Below are positions 1 through 6,397 of a DNA stretch of 11,044 nucleotides, in pieces. The notes under the pieces are model-generated. The model worked only from the letters and a program-made list of their open reading frames with translations, ran no database searches and had not been told where the DNA came from. The first letter of the stretch is position 1; the number at the start of each line of letters is the position of its first letter. The position numbers were made by a program, and so were the translations under genes. Source of the DNA: an uncultured archaeon (GTDB lineage: Archaea > Asgardarchaeota > Hermodarchaeia > Hermodarchaeales > Hermodarchaeaceae); NCBI GenBank assembly GCA_964347045.1, contig CAYFXC010000034.1:1-11044 (forward strand). Reading direction: 5' to 3'.

Positions 1-83
1 CCGTGAAATATCTTTAATTTAACAGCATGTGAGTATAGTTACATTTTGTGACCACACAAAGTGAGCCCAAAAGGTGAGTCCGC

Positions 84-93
84 CTTATATAAG
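84..93 (+). promoter_or_regulatory. Putative archaeal TATA box (CTTATATAAG)
   Basis: TTATATAA at 85-92 in non-coding DNA, followed by a GGTGA SD-like motif at 115-119 and an ATG at 128. A palindrome TTTGTG-ACCA-CACAAA lies upstream at 45-60. Confidence 0.5.
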
Positions 94-127
94 CCGAAGT
101 CACTAGCCTGATTCGGTGACATAAATA

Positions 128-217
128 ATGAACAAATACAATAAGCATGAAGGCACGACCAAGGGTCATGGGCGCAATCATTACCAACACCTTGTCTGGT
201 TTACTTGTCGTAACTAG
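128..217 (+). CDS. Possible 29-aa small protein (MNKYNKHEGTTKGHGRNHYQHLVWFTCRN)
   Basis: ATG at 128 with GGTGA 8 nt upstream (the same SD is used by genes at 3472 and 9879); TAG at 215-217. No recognised family. Confidence 0.25.
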   Translation: MNKYNKHEGTTKGHGRNHYQHLVWFTCRN

Positions 218-240
218 CGAGAGCGCCTAGTAACCTTGCA

Positions 241-306
241 CGTGCCCAAAATTGCTGGGGTTCGGGCGATTGGGCACGGCTCCTCCCTCTTCTCTTTTTC
301 CCCTTT
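241..306 (+). terminator. Hairpin plus pyrimidine-rich terminator
   Basis: 9-bp stem CGTGCCCAA/TTGGGCACG (241-249/270-278) followed by CTCCTCCCTCTTCTCTTTTTCCCCTTT. Confidence 0.5.
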
Positions 307-367
307 GTATCCAAAATTTCTGAAAAATATTTTGTGACTTTTAGGTGTTGGAGCGATTAGTTAAAAC

Positions 368-589
368 CTAATGGGACCTCTTTTTTTGTTTGACGGGTTT
401 AGGGATTACTCTAGGGCTAAAGGGTCCTGGTATACAGGCAAATCCTTGGGAGGTTCGATCATGGAGAATGAAATTAGAATCCTGTGTCTGATCATCTTGG
501 GCAGATAGTATTTCGTTTCGTTCTTTAAGCCATTCGGCCCAGGTTTGTTTTGAATTCGCTTCAGTTTTCTTTAATTTCTGTTTGCCCAT
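368..589 (-). CDS. Hypothetical small protein (73 aa)
   Basis: ATG-started ORF filling otherwise empty space, divergent from the GNAT gene, with Lys-rich termini. No recognised motif. Confidence 0.5.
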   Translation of the reverse strand: MGKQKLKKTEANSKQTWAEWLKERNEILSAQDDQTQDSNFILHDRTSQGFACIPGPFSPRVIPKPVKQKKRSH

Positions 590-668
590 GAATATTCCCT
601 ATATAATAAGTAGAAACAGAGAAAGATAAACGCTCTTATGAAGACCGATTAAAGAAAGGGTAATGTGA

Positions 669-1289
669 TTGTCGATGTATGCCAATTATGAGTCGTGTTC
701 TCTTTGCGAGAACCAAGCCGAATTTTCTTGTTTCAAATGTGGCAAACTTATTTGTGGAAATGATGCAAGGATTCGCGTCGTTTGTACTAGTTGTTATATT
801 CCCAAAAAATGTGAATACAAAATTCATCAGGCATTCAGCGAGGATGTCGAAACCATTGAAGAGATGGTTAAGCTCTTTTGGGGAGACCCTAAACAACTTA
901 TGTTCAATCAAAGCTTCATAGTCACTGAATACCCCGCAATCGTGGTAAAAAATAACGGAAAGCTTGTTGGATTCATTTCATATACCCCATTTGACGATGA
1001 CGCGGTTCTCATCCTCGCATTAGGCATTCTTCCTCAGTTCCAAGGTTGTGGAATTGGAAAAGAGCTTGTAGCCCATATCGAAAAGATTGCACAAAAACAA
1101 GGACACCAGCGTCTTCTTGTCGTAACGACGAATGATAATCTACCTGCTCTTGCCTTCTACCAGCGAATTGGATTCCAGTTGTACGAAGTGGTTCCTAATG
1201 TTGTAGCTCAAAAATTAGGAGGTCTGTATCCAGGGATTGCAGATATTCCTATTCGTGATGAGCTCAGATTACAGAAGCGTGTCCGCTAG
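669..1289 (+). CDS. GNAT family N-acetyltransferase with N-terminal Cys-rich zinc-finger-like domain
   Basis: Acetyl-CoA-binding motif A (ILPQFQGCGIGKEL) and motif B (TTNDNLPALAFYQRIGF), C-terminal IPIRDEL. N-terminal CSLC..CFKC..IC..CTSC. Start may be ATG 675. Confidence 0.85.
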   Translation: MSMYANYESCSLCENQAEFSCFKCGKLICGNDARIRVVCTSCYIPKKCEYKIHQAFSEDVETIEEMVKLFWGDPKQLMFNQSFIVTEYPAIVVKNNGKLVGFISYTPFDDDAVLILALGILPQFQGCGIGKELVAHIEKIAQKQGHQRLLVVTTNDNLPALAFYQRIGFQLYEVVPNVVAQKLGGLYPGIADIPIRDELRLQKRVR

Positions 1290-1298
1290 CTTCTGGTT

Positions 1299-1922
1299 TT
1301 AGGTTTGATGTGGCTTCCAGGGTACTCCATATTTCCCATCAAAAGCAATTTCTTCTAAGGGTTTTCGTGGTCGAGCTGAAGGATTTTCATCAGGAACCCC
1401 AAGAGCTACTAATACTATAATATCCGCGTTCTCCGGGATTTCTAGCTCCGATTTGACTAGTTGGATAAATTCAGCAGACCGCGATTCATATGAAGCAACC
1501 CAACAGCTCCCATAACCTAGTGCGGTCGCAGCGAGAACTAGATGATCGGTTGCTATCATAGGGTCTTGTAGATGCCATCGAGCAAGGTTCCCGGGGCAAC
1601 AGCTGCTTTGTTTTTCTCCTAATACCACGATGATAGCGTTCGCATTGGCAATAAACCGTTGTTGTGCGGGCTGGCCTAAGAGCGCTATTGTTTGAGGATC
1701 TTTCACAACGATGAAGCGCCATGATTGACTGTTATTTGTGGATGGGGCTAATCGGGCGGCTTGAAGGATTTTTTGTAAATCAGAATCAGGAATTTTATCG
1801 GATTTGTATCGTCGGATGCTGCGTCGTTTTTGGATTACTTGAAAGAAATCATTGGCAGTTTGATGGAGTACAGTGGAGTTAGATTTTGGTAAATTCGGTT
1901 CATCAGTTTCTATTTTTGTCAT
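1299..1922 (-). CDS. Nitroreductase family (FMN-dependent) protein
   Basis: RRSIRRY, ARLAPSTNNSQSWRFIVV, LAATALGYGSCWV and RPRKPLEE motifs. ATG 1922 preferred; TTG 1931 is possible. Confidence 0.9.
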   Translation of the reverse strand: MTKIETDEPNLPKSNSTVLHQTANDFFQVIQKRRSIRRYKSDKIPDSDLQKILQAARLAPSTNNSQSWRFIVVKDPQTIALLGQPAQQRFIANANAIIVVLGEKQSSCCPGNLARWHLQDPMIATDHLVLAATALGYGSCWVASYESRSAEFIQLVKSELEIPENADIIVLVALGVPDENPSARPRKPLEEIAFDGKYGVPWKPHQT

Positions 1923-1967
1923 ATGTACCAATCCTTTTTTTCATGTGTGCGTTCAGGATATTCTCTT

Positions 1968-2069
1968 CTACCTTCGACTGAGTAAAACAGATTTAGCGAA
2001 TACTTTTCCATTGTCTGATATTCGAGCATTCGGACAACAAAGTTTGATCCATTTCTTATTATTTGCCAA
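1968..2069 (-). CDS. Putative 33-aa Cys-Cys peptide (MANNKKWIKLCCPNARISDNGKVFAKSVLLSRR)
   Basis: TTG at 2069 with GAGGT SD 8 nt upstream (2082-2078), directly downstream of the operator cluster and TATA box and upstream of the nitroreductase. Shares the CCP motif with its neighbours. Confidence 0.4.
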   Translation of the reverse strand: MANNKKWIKLCCPNARISDNGKVFAKSVLLSRR

Positions 2070-2087
2070 TTTTATCGACCTCACATT

Positions 2088-2148
2088 TATTGGATGTCCG
2101 ATATAGCGTATTGGACACCCGATATTTAAATGTATCGGGCACCCAATA
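2088..2148. promoter_or_regulatory. Three palindromic operators (TATYGG-N4-CCRATA) around a TATA box; promoter for the CC peptide and nitroreductase
   Basis: TATTGGATGTCCGATA 2088-2103, TATTGGACACCCGATA 2109-2124, TATCGGGCACCCAATA 2133-2148. Minus-strand TTTAAATA at 2130-2123 lies between sites 2 and 3. Confidence 0.75.
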
Positions 2149-2183
2149 TTTTTTGGTCTCTTCCCACACCCGTCACGGAACAT

Positions 2184-2223
2184 GAAAAATCAGAAAAGAA
2201 CGCCCTCAAAGCCACTGCGGCGA
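2184..2223 (-). terminator. Putative padR terminator
   Basis: On the minus strand right after the padR stop: a weak CGCC..GGCG stem followed by TTCTTTTCTGATTTTTC. Confidence 0.4.
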
Positions 2224-2562
2224 TTAGGGAGGCTGGCTAGTGTTGATGATTTCATGAAAAACTTTGTAGAAATAGCGCGTGGCTATATCGAGTCCGACTC
2301 GTCCTTCCTCGGTAAGCGTATAGACAACTTGGCGACCCCGTTTTTCTCCACTTATCAAGTTCTTTTGGGTGAGCTCTTTTAGTGCTGGATAAATCGTTCC
2401 AGGTGAAGGCTTGGTTCCTCGTCGGAGCCCGATTTGTTCCGCAAGCTCTTGACCATTCATGGATTTTTTGCCAAGCTCCCAAAGGATCTGGAAGGAGAGC
2501 ATACCGCGCATATCACAACAGTCCGGGGGGCAGCATTCTTCGGTTTCAGTTTGTTCTGGCAT
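2224..2562 (-). CDS. PadR family transcriptional regulator with N-terminal CCPPDCC motif
   Basis: Winged-helix PadR signature (ILWEL..M.GQEL..PSPGTIYPALKEL..GRQVVYTLTEEGR); two vicinal Cys pairs near the N-terminus. Confidence 0.9.
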   Translation of the reverse strand: MPEQTETEECCPPDCCDMRGMLSFQILWELGKKSMNGQELAEQIGLRRGTKPSPGTIYPALKELTQKNLISGEKRGRQVVYTLTEEGRVGLDIATRYFYKVFHEIINTSQPP

Positions 2563-2568
2563 GGTATT

Positions 2569-2636
2569 TATTGGGCACCCGATACATTTAAATGTGTCCG
2601 TTTTCTAATAACCACAAACATATTGGACAACCAATA
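2569..2636. promoter_or_regulatory. Divergent padR/arsM promoter region with two palindromic operators and a palindromic TATA box
   Basis: TATTGGGCACCCGATA 2569-2584, CATTTAAATG 2585-2594, TATTGGACAACCAATA 2621-2636. Confidence 0.75.
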
Positions 2637-2679
2637 TATTTGGTGGAACGAATTGACAGAAACTAAACGCGTAACCGAA

Positions 2680-3393
2680 ATGAATGATGAAGAAATCAAA
2701 GCAGAAGTACGAAAAGCCTATTCTAAAGTAGCCCAACCCACCGGCTCATGTTGTGGACCAGCCACTAGGAACACTTATGCGAAATCCCTAGGATATTCGG
2801 TTGATGATCTTCCCGAATCGGTAACGGAATCTTTTGCTGGATGTGGAAACCCCACGGCTCTCGCAAGCCTAAAAGAAGGCGAAATTGTGTTGGATTTAGG
2901 AAGCGGTGCCGGATTAGACGTATTCATGGCAGCTCGTCAAGTTGGACCAACTGGTCATGTGATTGGCGTCGACATGACACCCGCCATGATTGAAAAGGCG
3001 AAAGATAACGCAGAGAAACTTGGCGTAACCAATGTTGAATTCCGATTTGGTGATATTGAAGAGCTCCCCGTTGACAATGACTCTGTTGATGTTATCATTA
3101 GTAATTGTGTCATCAATCTAGCCCCAGATAAAGGCAAGGTATTCCGAGAGTCCTTCCGAGTACTTCATCCTGGTGGACGAATGTTAATCTCCGATATTGT
3201 CTTAGAAGCGTCCTTGCCTCAAGAAACTCGAGAGGCAGTAGCTTCGTACACCGGCTGCCTTGGTGGGGCAATTCTCAAAGAAGAGTATCTTCAACTCATT
3301 CATGACGCCGGATTTACCGATGTACGAATTGTTAGTGAAGCCCCGTTCAATATTGCTACGAGCGCAAAGATTGAAGCTTTCAAACCCAAATAG
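2680..3393 (+). CDS. arsM: Arsenite S-adenosylmethionine methyltransferase
   Basis: ArsM Cys motifs SCCG, GCGNP, ISNCVINL and GCLGGA; SAM motif VLDLGSGAGLD; GVDMT. Start is ATG 2680 or TTG 2653 (GGTGGA SD); the ORF-track start at 2434 overlaps padR. Confidence 0.92.
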   Translation: MNDEEIKAEVRKAYSKVAQPTGSCCGPATRNTYAKSLGYSVDDLPESVTESFAGCGNPTALASLKEGEIVLDLGSGAGLDVFMAARQVGPTGHVIGVDMTPAMIEKAKDNAEKLGVTNVEFRFGDIEELPVDNDSVDVIISNCVINLAPDKGKVFRESFRVLHPGGRMLISDIVLEASLPQETREAVASYTGCLGGAILKEEYLQLIHDAGFTDVRIVSEAPFNIATSAKIEAFKPK

Positions 3394-3471
3394 AGAATTT
3401 ACCAATAATCCACGTTTTCTACTCATTATTACCATAAGCCCCCGCCGATTCAATACAAGGTGATTAAACTC

Positions 3472-4029
3472 ATGAATGATCAAAGGCAACGAAAGGAAGT
3501 CTTTGAGAAGAACATGTTTAGCCCCCTTCCCATCGCTTTGGTTGGGGCTCTCGTCAACAACGTTCCTAATTATCTTGTAATTGGATATATGTGCCCCTTT
3601 GATTTTGGACGATACCTATTCTTCAGTTTGTATAAGAAACGACACACCCGTATCGGCATTCACGAACACCAAACTTTTAGCGTGAATGTGCCTTCCGAGA
3701 ACCTTATCAAAGAGGTTGCAATCTGTGGTAGCAAATCCGGACGGGACATCGATAAGAGTGTTCTTTTCGACACGTTTTATGGGGAGCTAAAAACTGCACC
3801 TATGATTCAGCAATGCCCCATCAATATCGAATGTGAAATTGCAGAAATCTTGGATTATGAACAAAACGACGGCATAATTGGCCGCGTAGTCAAATCCTAC
3901 GTCAACCCAGAATGTCTCACGGATGGAAAACTAGACATGCGAAAAGTTCATCCCATTATCTGGACAACTGGAGGAGACTTCAACTATTACCAGCTCGGGA
4001 ATCGTATTCCCCAAGAAGAAGAGACATGA
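3472..4029 (+). CDS. Flavin reductase family protein (flavoredoxin-like)
   Basis: PLPIALVG..N, FSVNVPS, CGSKSGRDIDK, APMIQQCPINIEC and IGRVV motifs of the FMN split-barrel family. AGGTGA SD upstream of ATG 3472. Confidence 0.88.
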   Translation: MNDQRQRKEVFEKNMFSPLPIALVGALVNNVPNYLVIGYMCPFDFGRYLFFSLYKKRHTRIGIHEHQTFSVNVPSENLIKEVAICGSKSGRDIDKSVLFDTFYGELKTAPMIQQCPINIECEIAEILDYEQNDGIIGRVVKSYVNPECLTDGKLDMRKVHPIIWTTGGDFNYYQLGNRIPQEEET

Positions 4030-4170
4030 TCGGTTCCATTCCATGAAAGTAGGAGAAAACAGAGTAGAGCCATACAACAAGGACTTCCTACTATTTTTCA
4101 AGAAATATTTGCTACATGAACTAAACAAAATTGCTTAAAGGAAGAAGCCACGTAAAATTGCCAACGGGTT

Positions 4171-4788
4171 ATGCGTTTGACGATTACACGTAACGGTTGG
4201 TTATTCCTTCTTGGTGCCTTGCTCCTCTATGTCCTTATTGGAATTCTAGCTCTCTTCACCACCTATTCGGATCCATTGAATTTTGTGATTCGACTCTGTG
4301 CCTTGTACGGCTTTGTTTCACTCGCGATTGCAACTGCAATGACACCGTTTCTTAAAGAAATCACTCAAGCGTTTGGTCGACCCTTTCTCCGAATCCATCA
4401 CCTATTCGCCATCTTTGGCATTATCTTTGCCACCTTGCATCCCGTCTTCTATGCCATCTTGCAAATGGATTTAACTGTATTTTTTCCGCGGTTTGATTCC
4501 TGGATTATCTTCTGGGAACTCGCGGGGCGCCCCGCCCTCTACATCCTCTACGTTGCCGCTGTCGCTGGGTTACTTCGATTGATGATTCCAAAATACTGGC
4601 GCTACTTCCATTGGCTCATGTATGTTGTCCTCACCTTTGTCATCGTCCACGGTAACCTGATTGGCACTGACTTCCAGAACCTTAGCATCCTCTTCACTTT
4701 GAATATTCTTTACATAATTGCTATTACCGCATTCTTCCTAAAGCGGTATCAAACCTTTCAGCGCCAAAAACGGCAAGAAAAAAATTAG
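4171..4788 (+). CDS. Ferric-reductase-like transmembrane (heme b) protein
   Basis: About 6 hydrophobic helices with paired His (RIHH..TLHP; FHWLMY..IVHG) spaced as in ferric reductase/MsrQ-type cytochrome b domains. Confidence 0.75.
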   Translation: MRLTITRNGWLFLLGALLLYVLIGILALFTTYSDPLNFVIRLCALYGFVSLAIATAMTPFLKEITQAFGRPFLRIHHLFAIFGIIFATLHPVFYAILQMDLTVFFPRFDSWIIFWELAGRPALYILYVAAVAGLLRLMIPKYWRYFHWLMYVVLTFVIVHGNLIGTDFQNLSILFTLNILYIIAITAFFLKRYQTFQRQKRQEKN

Positions 4789-4932
4789 CGGAATCGAAAA
4801 AGCCGCAGAGAGTATTATTGTACCCATTACCAAATTGCATAACAAACTGAATAATGAGATTTAAAACGATTGAAGTCTCTCGAATGATTCGAATCTCATC
4901 CAATTTCAAATGCACTACTAATATTCACAGTT

Positions 4933-5400
4933 TTAAGTACTGGCAGCTTCCCGCCATCGATAAGCGTATTTTTGGGTTTCTTCATAGAGATATTCAAAAT
5001 TGTTCATATACTCGGAAAAACCAAGTTCTTTGCGCAAGTCGCGGATTATAGGCCAGAGCTTCTCCCATCGTTGGTATACAACAAACAATTCATATACAAG
5101 ATCGACATCGAGGAGTTTTTTCTTTAATAGCATCCCCATGGCTTCGAAAAAAGCGACAACCGAGCGGAATACAATATGCATCGGGTGCTCACCGGGGTAC
5201 GGGCCATACTTGTCTTTAAACTCCGAATAGTCTTTGACATTAAGCATGATGACTTTGATATCTGCTTCTTGGAATTCTGTTGACATGAACGGGGCATACA
5301 AGCGCATGATGAGGGCTGTTTTTCGCATTAGGGCTTGATTGCGGTGATCATTCAGATAATAAATCACAGCTCCAACTAGACCAATTGAAGCAACAGTCAT
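4933..5400 (-). CDS. DUF4760-like membrane-anchored hypothetical protein; 5' end possibly frameshifted
   Basis: N-terminal hydrophobic helix, then LIMRLY..STEFQEA, FFEAMGMLLKKKLLD and NFEYLY motifs recalled from archaeal DUF4760-type proteins. An upstream MVDVQ-like start lies in another frame (5438). Confidence 0.7.
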   Translation of the reverse strand: MTVASIGLVGAVIYYLNDHRNQALMRKTALIMRLYAPFMSTEFQEADIKVIMLNVKDYSEFKDKYGPYPGEHPMHIVFRSVVAFFEAMGMLLKKKLLDVDLVYELFVVYQRWEKLWPIIRDLRKELGFSEYMNNFEYLYEETQKYAYRWREAAST

Positions 5401-5521
5401 CGACGCATACGCAACCGTTCAACCTGCACATCCACCACCACGTGCATAATCTGCCACGAAGTGTATCGTAAATGAATATGCAAACAAACTCAAACCAATG
5501 TGGCAGCTTTTGCTTCTAATT

Positions 5522-6199
5522 TTAGCCTAGATGGTTAACGAATACTGCATTCATTGTTATGACAAGAGTATCAAGGGCTGTTCCTGGTTCTAAGAGAATA
5601 CCATTCATCCAATTTTCATCACGCGAAATGAAGTTCGAATCGAACGGGTTTACTGTGTCCGGAACGCCCGAATAAGTACCATTCAAGAACATAATGTGCC
5701 CTTCGGGACTTTGAATTGTGAAGAGCTGTATCCACGTACCATCTGTGTAAAGGATGTCTAGCCCAAAACCAATGGAGTACATTAGATCTGAAATAGAGTC
5801 CAATGATGGCGTGGTTGCAGCAAGACCTGTATAGATTGCATCGTTGATACTTACAACTTCAGCAACAGTAGTGAGGAAATGCTCTTCATAGAACGTGATA
5901 TTGCCGGGTCCAAGTGAATCATTAAGAAATGTGGCAGATACAATCCAAGCCCCAGTGAAATTTGATACAAAGAGGGCTGCCATTAATTCGGGATACACGA
6001 TGTCGCTGGAATTACCTAAAATCTGGACAGCCAAGATATTGGAAGCTTTGGCTTCCATGAATGTGGAAAGGCTAGTTCCAGATACCCCATCATCGTTAGA
6101 AGGATTGGGGGCAAAGAGACTAAAAAGATAGGGAGCCGCAAAAAGGACTCCGATCACAAGGGGAATAATCAACAGACCTATCCATTTCCTGTTTATCAT
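5522..6199 (-). CDS. Membrane-anchored or secreted hypothetical protein
   Basis: Basic residues followed by a single N-terminal TM helix, then an acidic S/T/N-rich domain with five N-x-S/T sequons (NSS, NFT, NDS, NIT, NGT). ATG 6199 follows GGGGTGG; GTG 6205 is an alternative start. Confidence 0.75.
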   Translation of the reverse strand: MINRKWIGLLIIPLVIGVLFAAPYLFSLFAPNPSNDDGVSGTSLSTFMEAKASNILAVQILGNSSDIVYPELMAALFVSNFTGAWIVSATFLNDSLGPGNITFYEEHFLTTVAEVVSINDAIYTGLAATTPSLDSISDLMYSIGFGLDILYTDGTWIQLFTIQSPEGHIMFLNGTYSGVPDTVNPFDSNFISRDENWMNGILLEPGTALDTLVITMNAVFVNHLG

Positions 6200-6397
6200 A
6201 ACCACCCCAAATTTTATTGATAATCCTATAATCGGCTGAAATATTATCCTATGGATTAGAACACCAAGAAGTTCGATTTACTCTCATTTAATGACAACCA
6301 TGTGGGCAACGCAAAGTAACTATTTACTCGATTATCACGGAGTAGGATAGTAAAGCAAAAATCAAGGAAAAAGCAACTAATGCCTAGAGGGACCATC

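Larger units (their letters stand above)
115..306 (+). ncRNA. Putative structured small RNA or leader/attenuator-like transcript (family not recognised)
   Basis: Bounded by a TATA box and a hairpin plus pyrimidine tract. Helices 152-157/241-246, 160-164/234-238, 169-175/223-229 and 241-249/270-278; the G-U pairs favour the + strand. Confidence 0.3.

Noticed and set aside
128-217. YQHLVW resembling the IS200 TnpA N-terminus
   Set aside because: The match is too short; no HUH motif, downstream transposase sequence or IS-type end hairpins were recognised.
241-268. Minus-strand GCCCGAACCCCAGC resembling the 3' part of the c-di-AMP (ydaO) riboswitch or an archaeal SECIS
   Set aside because: The 5' half of the ydaO motif is absent, and the GAA/A loop geometry of archaeal SECIS is not satisfied.
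1931-2069. Stop-codon read-through fusing the CC peptide to the nitroreductase (same frame)
   Set aside because: It would need read-through of TAG plus two TGA codons within 13 codons.
2088-2148. Possible mini-CRISPR array
   Set aside because: Repeats are 16 bp with only 5-8 bp gaps, and there are no cas genes in the window; the geometry fits operators.
1968-2183. 71-aa ORF with repeated IGCPI/IGHPI peptide
   Set aside because: The peptide repeat is just the translation of the three DNA operator palindromes. Only the SD-supported 3' part (2069-1968) is retained.
2434-2679. Long N-terminal extension of ArsM in the ORF track
   Set aside because: It overlaps padR on the opposite strand and runs through the operators. 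ArsM similarity begins near 2680.
4048-4098. AGTAGGA/TCCTACT stem followed by ATTTTT after the flavoredoxin
   Set aside because: The loop of about 31 nt and the short T run are too weak to call a terminator confidently.
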